Shown: positions 25,004 through 37,997, counted from the first letter of the stretch. The stretch: 64,000 bases of DNA from Macrostomum lignano (GCA_002269645.1 NIVC01000816.1:13673-77672); one strand, 5' to 3'. The notes: generated by a model from the sequence alone, not told the origin. A program made the numbers and translations.

Positions 25004-27042
25004 CTAGTTAAGCTCCTTGTCCACAATGAGCTCGCCAAGGCCGCTGCCAGCCTTGTTGAGGCGGGCGATGAGTTCCCGCAGATCCCGGATGCCCGTCACC
25101 TGCTCGGTCAGGAACTCGGACTCGATGAAGTCCACCAGCTGAAAGTTCAAGAATTGAGTAGCAATTTTGCATAAAATATGTGCATATGCAGTTCTTTTCG
25201 GTAAAGTCAAAGTGAGCATTTTTGTAGCTAATGGAAGACATGCTGCACGTCGGGACGGAGGCTGGGAGGGGATTGAGTCAGCTGAGGGCTGACCCACCCA
25301 GCCAATCAGCGACGTGCCTCAGAGCGTAGCGTTTTGACCGTTTGGGTTTTACTAATGAGCTTCGTTGGAACAATACGTGAAGACAAGAAGGCCCCGAACA
25401 CATGAGAACAAATTTAGTAAGTTGACAGGGAATGCACCCAATATTTGACATGGTAATTCTGCACCCAATCAGAGCAGCCAGCTACAGTAGGACTCACATG
25501 CGGGTCGCTCTCCATGTCAGCCCGATCTCGCAGTCTGTACAACTCCTGCGTGATGTTCTTCTCGGCGCCAAGAGCCATCTCGGCTGCGTCAAGGGCGGAG
25601 AACCACTCGAACTTGCTGGGAGGCTGCAACAAAGATAAGTTTATGGGGCTACATTGAAGCTTAATCTGTAGTTTGAAAAATAAATATAAAATTGTTATAA
25701 TCACCGGGAACTGGGATCAGACGATCAAGTGACCAGGGTATCACATGACCAGGTGTTAAGTTATCGCTAAGCGTTAGGTGACCAGGTGACCAGGCACTCA
25801 CGGTAATTGGCTTCAGCCTGACGTGGCCGCCCCGCATGTTGAGGTAGTCGATCAGTTTGTGCGCGCGCTCTCGCTCCTTGTTGGCGGCTTTCTTCAAGAA
25901 TTTCTTAAAGCCGGGAAGACCGACGCTGGGCCTGCCGAAGTAGCTGGCCTGCGGGCGGGCGGTCGGCAAAGTTGCGCTTTGGAATTTGAGCCAGGGAATT
26001 GAATCGAATGAAACAGACGTCAAAATATCTGGAGTCCACCCACACGATGCTAAGATTTTCTTACAACAAAATTAGCTCGTATTTAGAAAAAACAACCACA
26101 AACTTTGAACAAGCTTGAGGGTGAGCGTGAGCTCAAGGTAGGCTCGCATCCCCTGACGCTCTGCAGGGTTCAACATAAACATAGCATAAAAAATTTGGGT
26201 CGGTGGCGACCTTGGCAATGCGTGGGATCAGGAAAGACTTACCATTGACTCGTAGAGGTACATGGCGTTGAACTCTCTTTGGATCTGGTCGTTGATCATC
26301 GACACCGAGCTGCTGCCGAATCGCTGTTGAATGTCTGCGGATTTCGGGGGTTCAGCAACGGCTATGCATGGCTTGTACTACTTGACAAGTAAGCTTACAA
26401 TCTCATGTAAGAAGTTTTTGCTGCAGTGATGGAAGATATGGCTTCTCACTGTCTCTCTGGCCTCTGCTTGGCTTCTCACTGTCTCCTATGACCACTACTT
26501 GGCTTCTCACTGTGTCTGTGGCCACTGCTCGGCTTCTCACAGTCTGTGTGACCACTTCTTGGCTTCTCACTGTGTCTGTGGCCACTGCTTGGGTTTTCAC
26601 AGTCTGTGTGACCACTGCTTGGCTTCTCACTGTCTCTATGATCACTGCTTGGCTTCTCACTGTCTCTATGGTCACTGCTTGGCTTCTCACTGTCTCTATG
26701 GTCACTGCTTGGCTTCTCAATACTCACCTGAGCATTATTATAGTTTAGTTTTGCGCCTTGTAAACAGATTTTAAGAGTTTTTACAAGAAAGCTGATTAAA
26801 AACATTACTACAGATTTAAATAAAAAAATACTCGTAGATTTCATTTTAGCCTCATGCAAGAACTCATCCCACAAATAAATGAAACCGGTCTTCAAACCAT
26901 AAAAAATGGGTGATAGCCCACATCACAAGAAGCACCTAAGGCCAAGCAATGGCATCTCACCGAGAGTCTCATCGTCGCCCTGCTGCATGGAGACAACCAC
27001 AAGGTGCAGGAGAATCGCTGAAAGCAGAGAGAACCGGGCCAT
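25004..27042 (-). CDS. Secreted ferritin, copy A, 5 exons (27042-26961, 26361-26243, 25948-25802, 25623-25498, 25138-25004), 202 aa; ferroxidase centre substituted
   Basis: Signal peptide MARFSLLSAILLHLVVVS; helix A INDQIQREFNAMYLYESM; helix B KKAANKERERAHKLIDY; ALGAEKNITQEL; FLTEQVTGI. All GT-AG with phases 1,0,0,0. Confidence 0.9.
26436..26720. repeat. 30-bp minisatellite in ferritin A intron 1, about 9-10 units
   Basis: GGCTTCTCACTGTCTCTATGGCCACTGCTT-type unit; same family as 51726-52850. Confidence 0.9.
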
Positions 27043-27321
27043 TGTCGCTTCTGTTGGTTTGTGTCAAAGAATCAGTCAACTTAGCACGGCCAAAATTGAG
27101 CCTTTTTAAGGAAGTAAGCTGACAACTTCTGAAGTGACAGCCCATTCAGATTCAAGCGTATCGGCCGTCTTATCAGTAGGGCAAGAGATTCCAGGCCAGC
27201 AGAGGAACCTGTTATCAACTTGGCGTCTGGTTGAATTCTTGCTTGCATTTTGCTGATAACTTTTTTACTTCTCACGGCTCTCTGACCCAGCCGGCCTCAC
27301 CTAGCTACACCTTTGCATTCG

Positions 27322-27480
27322 ATGAGCTCAGCTCAGACTAATACTCGTGTCTATTGAGCTCAGCTCACACTGATTCTCGTGTCTAATGAGCTCAGCTCAC
27401 ACTGATTCTCGTGTCTAATGAGCTCAGCTCACACTGATTCTCGTGTCTAATGAACTCTGCTCACACTGATTCTCGTGTCT
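27322..27480. repeat. 32-bp minisatellite upstream of ferritin A, about 5 units
   Basis: GAGCTCAGCTCACACTGATTCTCGTGTCTAAT; same family as 53535-55179. Confidence 0.85.
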
Positions 27481-27509
27481 AGTTGTCTGTCTCGTTCTAG
27501 GATCTCCGG

Positions 27510-28081
27510 TGCGATCTGACGTTCGTTTCAGGGCTTCTATGTCTGAAAGACAGCATCTACGTGCGCGAAGACAGCACCAGGAATTCCATCCTCAACATCC
27601 TGCACGCGGGGCACCCTTACATCGTGAAGATGGGCCTGAATGCCAGGGATTACTTCTACCATGGCCTGGCATGCACAACTGCATCGAGCGCACAGTCAGC
27701 CAGTGCGAAGCCTGCCAGCGGAACATAAAAGAGGCTCTGACGTCCGTGGAGATTCCGACTTCCCCTTCTAAATCTACTCGTCTGATCGATTTGAGTACAG
27801 CGGCGCCTCCTACCTGGTGTACAGCCTGGTTGTAGTGCAAGTACTGCAGGACCACTTCCAGAACTTCGGTGTGCATGAGAAGCTTATCAGCGACGGCTTC
27901 TCGGATTTGGAGCTCCGTCAACTGATTACGAGGTTTAGTCGAGCACAGGACATCAAGCCCACCGTATCCGCAGTCGAACGGCAGAGCAGAGCGGTAAGTG
28001 CAAACAGCGAAGGATCGGATGAAGAAGTGCAAGGAGACTGGCCAAAGCCTGGAGACGGCACTCCTGCACATCCTGCGTATA
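27510..28081 (+). mobile_element. Degenerate Gypsy-like LTR-retrotransposon integrase fragment
   Basis: Across frameshifts: ILNILHAGHPYIVKM...YFY(W)PGMHNCIERTVSQCEACQR (HHCC zinc finger), FGVHEKLISDG, QTAKDRMKKCKETGQSLETALLHILR. Confidence 0.7.
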
Positions 28082-30133
28082 CACACTATTGATTTTGTAC
28101 ATGTACATTTCGGCATATTACCACACATCGCGGGCACATATTATATATCGGGGGATAGGTTAAAATACACACATCGTAGATGTAGAAGCAGACACAATGC
28201 AGGAAAATTATGATACGAGTGTACATATTAGTGCGTAAAAGTATCATATTATGACACCCTGTAGCACATATTGACATAATGCAGGGGAAAATATTGACAG
28301 AAATAGTACACAATTGTAGAGGTAACAACCCGCCAACTAGTAAGGGCATCCAGCACTTGTTCAGGTTTTTATTATTTCGAGACGAGTGTCATGCCCCCGC
28401 AAGAGATCTTATCAGAAATTTGTTGAACTCCACTGCAACTCTCCCCAGAGCCTCCAAATGTGAGTTTTTAACCCAGGGTCGAGTACAAAGGACCCGCCCA
28501 CTCTTAACCCCAAGGGGTGATCCTAGCGGAGACCAAGTACAGTGCGGACGGAGAGGGGTAACAGAAAGCGCTGCATCAGACCGCGGGGCTGCATTCCTCC
28601 CCCGAGGTAGGCGCGTCAGCTCCCACTCCTCATTTAACCATCAAGTAAACTAAAGAAGTCAAGCAGAAAGCCTTACAATCACCCGCAACCAGCACAAGTA
28701 AGAGTACTTTCCACTAGAGAGCCATAGTGCAAGATTCGCGAGCCAAGTTGAAGAAGCACACCAAATTACACTAAAGACATATGTATTAAAAAGCATACCG
28801 GCACCTCTACAAAAACACAGTATGTACCGATTAAAGTTGCTTTTGGTGCAGTGTATTTAATAAAAAGCAGGTACCTAACACAAAAGTAGGCATCAATGCA
28901 GTGCACGGGCTAAACTGTATTTACAAACGCAGGGCAACGAACTACACACAATGTAGCGCATAGACATAATTGTACGCATAAATGTACGCAATTTCCGGTA
29001 TATAGGACCAAATGTACGCAAATGTACACAATGTACACAAACACAAACACACACACACACACACTCAGGCGCATCCTGCAGCGCATCCTGCAGCACCGAT
29101 CGCCGCAGGCGATGGCGCCATCGGCAGGAAGCTCTTGCTGTGAATACGCCTGAGTGTGTGTGTGTGTGTTTGTGTTTGTGTACATTGTGTACATTTGCGT
29201 ACATTTGGTCCTATATACCGGAAATTGCGTACATTTATGCGTACAATTATGTCTATGCGCTACATTGTGTGTAGTTCGTTGCCCTGCGTTTGTAAATACA
29301 GTTTAGCCCGTGCACTGCATTGATGCCTACTTTTGTGTTAGGTACCTGCTTTTTATTAAATACACTGCACCAAAAGCAACTTTAATCGGTACATACTGTG
29401 TTTTTGTAGAGGTGCCGGTATGCTTTTTAATACATATGTCTTTAGTGTAATTTGGTGTGCTTCTTCAACTTGGCTCGCGAATCTTGCACTATGGCTCTCT
29501 AGTGGAAAGTACTCTTACTTGTGCTGGTTGCGGGTGATTGTAAGGCTTTCTGCTTGACTTCTTTAGTTTACTTGATGGTTAAATGAGGAGTGGGAGCTGA
29601 CGCGCCTACCTCGGGGGAGGAATGCAGCCCCGCGGTCTGATGCAGCGCTTTCTGTTACCCCTCTCCGTCCGCACTGTACTTGGTCTCCGCTAGGATCACC
29701 CCTTGGGGTTAAGAGTGGGCGGGTCCTTTGTACTCGACCCTGGGTTAAAAACTCACATTTGGAGGCTCTGGGGAGAGTTGCAGTGGAGTTCAACAAATTT
29801 CTGATAAGATCTCTTGCGGGGGCATGACACTCGTCTCGAAATAATAAAAACCTGAACAAGTGCTGGATGCCCTTACTAGTTGGCGGTTGTTACCTCTACA
29901 ATTGTGTACTATTTCTGTCAATATTTTCCCCTGCATTATGTCAATATGTGCTACAGGGTGTCATAATATGATACTTTTACGCACTAATATGTACACTCGT
30001 ATCATAATTTTCCTGCATTGTGTCTGCTTCTACATCTACGATGTGTGTATTTTAACCTATCCCCCGATATATAATATGTGCCCGCGATGTGTGGTAATAT
30101 GCCGAAATGTACATGTACAAAATCAATAGTGTG
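28082..30133. mobile_element. 2.05-kb palindromic (foldback) element: arms of about 990 bp, 75-bp spacer
   Basis: 28082-29071 is the reverse complement of 29147-30133 (mirror ORF pairs 28086..28349 and 29860..30129). Ends CACACTA...TAGTGTG, flanked by TATA on both sides. Confidence 0.85.
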
Positions 30134-30489
30134 TATATACGTCTGCATCGTTTTTGTCTATGTTTTAATAATATACACCTGCATTATACTGGCTTTCCAT
30201 ATGAGTGGCAACTCCTTTGTAACCTACAATTCGTTGGCTCAGTGTTAGTGGTATTTTGTAATTAAATTACTACGTCTAAATGTTGTATTATTATTGAATT
30301 CAATTATTATTGAATTTCACTCCTCATGTGCTAGGGAGGTCTAATTGTAATATAATCTTGCTATTAATCTACCATCTCTACTGTAAGTAGACTGTGACTT
30401 GGTGTCTGGGCTCGAGTTGTGTACTCTTTGTATGAATGCATTCTTGGTGTGTAACTCCTGACCATCCCTTCCCTCTGGGAGCACTGCAG

Positions 30490-33220
30490 GTAGACTAGTA
30501 TGGCTTGGTATTCAGGGCTGGCGTGTGCACGTAATACTCTGTAATATTTACCGGACTCGGGTGGGGAAGCTCGCTGTACGGCTCTCTCCGTGGGGTGTGA
30601 TTCACCGCCTCTCTGTCCCGCGCCTCCTGCCAGGGCAGCTCTCTGTCCCTCCGCGGGGGTGACTTACACACTGCCTCTCTGTCCCGCGCCGCGTGCTGCG
30701 ACATGCCGGGTAGCGTCCTCTATCTCCTACTGCCTCCACGCACTCTCTGTCCCCCTCCTGCTACAGGAGGGCTGGTTGCTCGCTGTACAGGGCAGCGTCA
30801 GCATCTGGGTTTCCTTCCTGCACCGTCTACCCCACCACTATACTGACTAACCGCATGCACACGACATTGGTGGGAGGGGCGGAGTTCCCCACTGACGGGT
30901 GTACACCTACTCGACGCTGAAGGTACACTTGCTGAACGCCCACCTTGTCAGATGTACACTTGCTGAACACCCATCCTGTCAGATGTACACTCGCTGGACG
31001 CCCACCCTGCCGGATGTACACCCCGGGTGACTAATTCGCTTACTTTTCTATTAAAATACTTGCCATTTATTATGTCTGCTTTTTATTCAATTTTATATGG
31101 TTTGAAGGTTTATTTTGCTGTAATACCTAGTTTCTTATAAAAATCTACTCTCGACGATGGTTGTGTTGGCTATTTCATTAAAATAACCTGCTTTTGAATA
31201 AAACGTTGTATTTAAGCCTCCAGTTTTTTTTCAAAATCATAATGGAAACCCTCCCGACACCCCTGGAACCTCCTCGAGCAGCTTACATAGAGCTTGCAGA
31301 CCCTCGAAACCCCTCTAGTGTGCCCTGATTTCAGCGGTCTAGAGGTTAACATCTGAATTTTTACACTATATTTTCCTTACATACAGCAATACAGGAGGGT
31401 CTGGAATAGTGAGTCTGGCGGGAGAGGGGGCTTGTGGGATGATGAGGATGTGTACACTGTTTAGCAGTTTTAGCCTACCTTTTGGGCTAATATGCTTACT
31501 ATTATTACTACTATTATACCTACTATGTACATACTATTATACTACCCACTATTAAATATGCGGCACTAAAACCAACTTTTGATAATACATAGCGTGTTTT
31601 GGTGGATTCTCCCTCACGTCTCTGTCCCTACACATGTGCTTTTTAGTATTCTCTGTTTGTGTACCTCTCTGTAACGTCTCTGTACGCTCAGACTGGTTTC
31701 TCCGTCCCCGCGCGCGCCTCTACTAAAGTTTGCTGTTACCTACCCCTACACACTGCTCTCTGTCTCCCTCCGCGCACACCTCTCTGCCCTTGCATGCAAC
31801 TTGCATGTCTACTCCCCTGTCCTGCCCTCGCGTGGGTCCCTGTCTATACATAGCTACCAGACCCTACCTCTCTCTGTGCCTTGCTCGCAACTCTGTCCCA
31901 GGCCCCCCTTCATACTTCTCTGTCCCGGGCTGCAACTGGCTGACACGCGCCTCTCTGTTCCCCAGCCTGCGTGGCTGCCTACCCCTGCACACTGCTCTCT
32001 GTCCCCCTCCGCGCCTCTCTATCATCCTATTCCTGCAGCTGACCGTGCCGTTCAGCTCTGTCCACGCACGGCTCCACCCCTGCCCGTGTCTCACTGTACC
32101 GCCCTGTGTGGCTCCCTTACCCTGCGCGTTTGCTCCCCATCTCCCTCCTGCTCGATATGTTTCTGTTCCCTCACACTACGCACACGTGGCTGGCTCTCTG
32201 TCCAAACACATCTCTGCTCCTCCACTCTATCCTCGCGTGGCCCCTTGACGGTTCGCATGCCCCTGCATACCCTGCCTGCCTCTCTGTCCCCTGCAACTGG
32301 GGAGGGAGCTCTCTATCCTCTGTATGGCTTTCTCTGTGGGGTGTGTGTGACTCACACTACCTCTCTGTCCTAGCATGCGCCTCTCTATCCGGCTCCTGTA
32401 GCAGGCTGTGTTGTTCACATCTCTTTCCACCCACCCTCTGCCCGTACACGCTCAGTGTACAGGGCTGCGTCAGCATCGGGGTTAAAACTTCTCGCTCCCT
32501 ATGCTTCAACAGTATAATAACCTAGTGGCCGTCTCTCTGTCCACCCCCCCCCCTTTCTGCTCGTACACGCTCATTGTACAGGGCTGCGTCAGCGTTAGGG
32601 TTGAAACTTCTCGCTCTCTATGCTTCAACAGTATAATAACCTAGTGGCCGTCTCTCTGTCCACCCCCCCTTTCTGCCCGTACACGCTCATTGTACAGGGC
32701 TGCGTCAGCGTTAGGGTTGAAACTTCTCGCTCCCTATACCCCACAACCGTGTAGTGTCCTAGTATGGGCGCGACCTGGGTTCGATTTCGCTAGTTGAGAT
32801 GTAGGTGAGAGAGGGGAAGAGGCCCGTATCGATGACTACATATCGGTGTACACACATATCGGGAGAGTGTACACTCGGGGCGCCTGCTGCATACATATCG
32901 GTGTACATATAGGGAGAGTGCGCATACATATCGGGAGGGGCGCCTGAGGCGGGGAGGGCGCCTGCGGCATACATGTCGGGGGAGGGCGCGTGCGGCGGGG
33001 AGGGGCGCCTGCGGCATGGACGCCTGCTGCTCTGGAGGGTGCGCTTGGGATCTGATTGATTTGGGATCTGATTGATTTGGGATCTGATTGATTTGGGATC
33101 TGATTGATTTATTGGGATCTAATATCGGGAGGGTGCGCCTGCGGCGCTTGGCGCCACGCGCCTGCGGCGCGCGCGCGTGCCGAGCGCCGATATCGATACG
33201 GGTATCGATCACCTAGTGAT
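30490..33220. repeat. Unclassified degenerate repeat region (CTCTCTGTCC-rich units, about 118-bp triplication at 32443-32740, 16-bp GGGATCTGATTGATTT repeats at 33046-33120)
   Basis: Recurrent motifs read directly; no recognisable protein in the ORFs. Confidence 0.55.
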
Positions 33221-34177
33221 CGGGGCGCCAGCCAATGAGAGGCGAGGAGGGTTGACACCCACCCCACCTCCAAAATCAACGGATCTGCCGGCCCTTAGTA
33301 GTAAGCTCGATTAGCTCAAGTTCGTTGCAAGGTTTTATTGTTCCGGCGAACTGATAGCTTCAGTCTGTTGCAGGGAGGGGATCGGCTATCCTTCAATCAA
33401 TTTGTTGAGCCAAAAATATATCACTTCAGCCGGATACCTGCGTTTCAGAATGAAAACTACATGTAGCAATCAGCGCCCCGTTGCTTACCGCCCCAACAGT
33501 CTGACGTCTTTCGTCCTCAAACTCGGCAACGAAGAATGGAATATGAAAATTCAATAAACTACATGTAGCTTCTGACCGACATCTCAGCCATTTCCCCCCT
33601 TGACATCTTTGTCTAGAGTGACGGTTTAGACTGTTACTGCCTGGATTCTTTCATTCATGGTTTTTGCTAATAGAAAACTGAACCAATTGAGAAAATATAT
33701 TTACAAACAGGAGCAAACTTTAATTCACCTTTATCAGTTGATCAAGGCGAAATACAGTAAAAACCGCATGCACTTTACTGCTGCGGCGGCCATGCAGCTG
33801 CAGGATCAAGCACGGGCAGACAAGCGAGCGCCGACCTGTTGACGACAGGCGTGCCCGAAACCAAGCGAGGTTGGCGTCCTACACATGAATATTTCCGCTT
33901 CGGCGTGTTGCTGTCACGCTTGCTCATGTGGGTCTTTCGTGTGGCGCCAGTAGTACAAGATGACCATAGGTGCCGTTGGACAAGATGGATCAGGTGTTAA
34001 GTGACCAGGGAATTCGGATAACGATACTATACGATACTATAATTCGTAATTATAGCGCTGGTATCAGAAAATGGAGTCATCGATAATCTGAAACCCAGCT
34101 TGAGCGTCATAATGCTGGTCCTGCAGTCAGGCAAGTCAACTACACGCATGACATCGCGTCGGTCCTCTCCGCAGTCT

Positions 34178-36448
34178 CTAGTTGAGCTCCTTGTCCACAA
34201 TGAGCCCGCCAAGGCCGCTGCCAGCCCTAGACAGGCGGGCGATGAGTTTCCGCAGATCCCGGATGCCCGTCACCTGCTCGGTCAGGAACTCGGACTCGAT
34301 GAAGCCCACCAGCTGAAATTTCAAGACTCGAGTATCAATTTTGTAGAGTGCACGTAGACATAGAGACATATACAGTTCTTTTCTGTTAAGCTGAAGGTGA
34401 GCTTTTTTGTAGCCAATGGAAGACTTAGATAGAATTTTTAGTATATGGATAATAGTCTCTTGAAAAATGCTGACGCTGATGATTGGCTGGCTGGTGGTAG
34501 GGAGTTCGGGGCGGAGGTTGGGGGTGAGTCAGCTGGGGCTGAGCCAGCCAGCCAATCAGCGAGGTGCCTCACAGCGTAGCATTTTGGCTGGTGCTTTGTT
34601 GGCATTAGAACTATGCGTGAAGCCAAGAAGGCCCCAAATACATGAGAATGAATTTATCGATTTGACAGGAATGCACTCAATATTTGACAGGCTAGTTCAG
34701 TACCCAATCAGAGCGGCCATCTACAGTAAGGCTTACATGCGGGTCGCTCCCCATGTCGACGGCCCGATCTCGCAGTCTGTACAACTCCTGTGTGATGTTC
34801 CTCTCGACGTCAAGAGCCATTTTGGCTGCAGCAAGGGCGGAGGACCAGTCAAACTTGCCTGGAGGCTGCAACAAAGATACGTTTATGGGGCTACATTGAA
34901 GCTTTAAGCGGTAGTTTGAAAAATAAATATAAAACTGTTCTAATAACCGGGAACTGGGATCAGAGGATCAAGTGACCAGGGATCAGGTGACCAGGGGGTC
35001 AGTTAACCCTGGGGATCAGGTGACCAGGATATTAGGTGACCAGGGGATCAGGTGACCAGAAGATCAGGTGACCAGGGATCAGGTGACTAGGGGATCAGGT
35101 GACCAGGGGGTCAGTTAACCCTGGGGATCAGGTGACCAGGGGATCAGGTGACCAGGGGATCAGGTGACCAGGTGTTCGTGACAAGATGTTAGGTTACCAG
35201 GTGTTAGGTTACCAGGTGTTAGGTGACCAGGTGTTAGGTGACCAGGGGATCAGGTGACCAGGGGATCAGGTGACCAGGTGTTGGTGACAAGATGTTAGGT
35301 TACCAGGTGTTAGGTTACCAGGTGTTAGGTGACCAGGTGTTAGGTGACCAGGGGATCAGGTGACCAGGGGATCAGGTGACCAGGTGTTGGTGACAAGATG
35401 TTAGGTTACCAGGTGTTAGGTTACCAGGTGTTAGGTGACCAGGTGTTAGGTGACTAGGTGTGAAGTGGCTTGGTGAACAAGCACTCACAATAATCAGCTT
35501 CAGCTTGACGTGGCCGCCCCGCATGATGAGGTAGTCGATCAGTTTGTGCGCGCGCTCTTGCTGCTTGTCGGCGGCCTTCTTGAAAAAATTCTTGATGCAG
35601 GGAAGACCGACGCTGGGCCCGCCGAAGTAGTTGGCCTGCGGGCGTGGCGGTCGGCGAACTTGCGTTTTCAATTTGAGCTAGGAATTTGGATTGAATGAAA
35701 CTGAGGGGTTCAACGGATAGAGTTTCACACGATGGCTAAGAGTTTCTTTTAACAAAATTATTGATAGAAAAGTTTCCATAAACTCTGAGCAAGTTAGAGG
35801 GTGGGCGTGAGCTCAAGGTACGCTCGTACTCCCTGAGTAAGACGCTGTGCAGAGTTTAGCACGAATTAAGGTCGTTGGGTGGAGACCTTGGCAATGCGTG
35901 GGGTCAGGAAAAAGACTTACCATAGTCTCGTAGAGGTACATGGCGCTGAACTCTCTTTCGATCTGGTCGTTGATCATCGACACCGAGATGCTGCAGAGCC
36001 TCTGTCGAATGTCTGCGGATTGCGGGGTTCAGCAACGTGCATGGTTTATGGGCTCGTATTACCTGCTAGTAGCTTAAAATTTTGTCTGAAGATTTTGCAG
36101 CGCTGCAGTGGTTTAAGATATGGCTTCTCACTGTCTCTATTAGCCACTGCTTGACTTCTCAATACCCACCTGAGCATTATAAGTTAGTTATGCGCTTTAC
36201 AGAGGTATTTTACAAGTTAGTCGATCTGATTAGAGGCCAAAATTAAGCTTAAACTAGATTTAATTTTAGCTTCTTGACCTTATGAAATCAAAATACGCCA
36301 GGTCGTATGAAGGTCGCGATAGCCCAGATCACAAGTAGCACCGAAGGCCGGACAACGGCAACTCACCGAGAGTCTCATCGTCGCCCTGCTGCATGGAGAC
36401 AACAACCAGGTGCAGGAGAATCACTGAAAGCAGAAAGAACCGGGCCAT
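34178..36448 (-). pseudogene. Secreted ferritin, copy B, probable pseudogene (exons 36448-36367, about 36037-35921, 35635-35489, 34865-34737, 34312-34178)
   Basis: The exon-2 acceptor GCATAG|CC of copies A and C is deleted (TGCACGTT), and there is a further 1-nt deletion (GAACCCCGCAA). The alternative AGs I tried give stops or frameshifts. Helix B reads DKQQERAHK. The AATAAA-containing 3' block is absent. Other exons remain open. Confidence 0.7.
34965..35460. repeat. 15-16-bp GGATCAGGTGACCAG / GGTGTTAGGTGACCA minisatellite in ferritin B intron 3
   Basis: Direct reading; same seed as in copies A and C. Confidence 0.85.
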
Positions 36449-36712
36449 TGTCGCTTCTGTTGGTTTTCTTTCGAAGAATCAGTCAATATAGCTTGGTAAA
36501 AGTTGAGTCTTTTAAAGGAAGGAAAAGCAACTTCCAAACTGACAGCCTATTCATATCGGCCGTCTTATCAGTAGGGCAAGAAATTTCAGGCCAGCACAGG
36601 AAACTTGTTACTCGTATCAACTTGGCCTCCGGTTGAATTCTAAATTTTGCTGGCTACTTTTTTACTTCTCACGGCTCTCTCTGACCCTGCCGGCCTTAGC
36701 TGACACCTATTG

Positions 36713-37766
36713 ACTCTGCTGCAGGGCGCTCCGGGCATCCGGACACAGTGGGGTGGCGATTCCGCTAACCCCTTGGCGACCATGGGCAGCTGGTGCTGCG
36801 GTGTCGCGCAGGGACATCCGGTGGTGCCGGTGTCCGCAGTGCGGTCCCCCTCCGGAGACCCTAAAAAGGATATTTTCGGGCCTAAAAACCTCGGAGAGGT
36901 CCGGTTTTGGGCCGAGGTAGGTGAGCCTGTCCTGAGTAAAGGCGGGGCATTCACAGATGAAGTGCTCCGCATTCTCGACACCGGAGACGCAGAAAGGGCA
37001 TTCTTCGCTACGGATTTTTTCCTGGAGGTGGCGATGCCTGGCAAAACAGCAATGACCCGAGAGGGCCATGGTCACCGCCCTGATGTCCCTGCGGCTGAGT
37101 CCAAGCAGGGTGCTGTGGAGGGCGGGGGAAGGACAGGGGAGATTTCTGGCAGTCGGGGGCATTCGTCCACATCTCCCTGTGCTTTGAAGCCACCCACTGG
37201 TTGATCAGAGCGCGTTGATCGCCACTGAATGTTTGAGTGGAGGGTAATCTCCTTCCCCCAGACACGCTGATTGTACATCTCAATGGCGCAGGAGCTGATG
37301 GCGAGAACTTCGTTCTGAGAAACGGTGGAGCAGGTGCCGCGGTGTGCTGGGAGAAGGTCGCCGCAGTTCTCCCTCCAGATACGATGCAGTAGCCGTAGTC
37401 AGAGGCGGAGTTGATTTGGGACCCTGTAGTGTACGCCCCCTCTATGCCTTCACGCTATTCTCTGACTAGCTTTAGCCGGAGGTTCCACTTTCTAAAGGCG
37501 AACTGCTTCTGGATGAGGGCCACCCACGTCGAGCAGACGGCGGGTGGTCTTTACTGCCGCCCCTCTGACAAAGAGGTCACCGGGAAGGTCCAGAAAGGAG
37601 TTCATGCCAGCAAAGGGCGTAGAGGGAGTCGCGCTCAAGAAGCGCGGCCTTGCACCCTATTAGGAGCTTCAAGAAGCCCTTTCACCTCTAGGGCACTGTT
37701 CCAAATGTAGCCGGCAAAGGAGATGGCCGGTCTAACAATGGCAGTGTAAATCCACCTGAGGCGGCC
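36713..37766 (-). mobile_element. 5'-truncated, degenerate LOA-like LINE (thumb, partial RNase H, CCHC), related to 57797-61914
   Basis: [60 protein letters not shown]. Shares the 3' end CCCACTGTGTCC...CCCTGCAGC.AGTCAA with the larger copy. Inserted about 265 bp upstream of the ferritin B ATG. Confidence 0.8.
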
Positions 37767-37779
37767 CAAAACAACCTGA

Positions 37780-37866
37780 TATTTCGGGTTTATGATATTT
37801 CGGGTTTATGATATTTCGGGTTTATGATATTTCGCGTTTGTGATATCAATATTTCGGGTTTATGAT
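37780..37866. repeat. 16-bp tandem repeat (GATATTTCGGGTTTAT), about 5 units
   Basis: Direct reading. Confidence 0.75.
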
Positions 37867-37997
37867 GGCGACCCCATTTATCCTACTTGGAAAGAGGCAC
37901 ACATTTCTTGCCCCACATGCGCAGTCTAGTTATACTTATTAGTCTGTGCCTGGTCTGCATCCGGATTTTCTTGTGCCGGACAACATTGAAAATTGCA

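Noticed and set aside
27043-27500. Iron-responsive element in ferritin 5' regions (also upstream of copy C)
   Set aside because: CAGTGT occurs on the minus strand (in the 32-mer and near 53440), but the flanks do not pair into an IRE stem. A covariance-model search (Rfam IRE) would be decisive.
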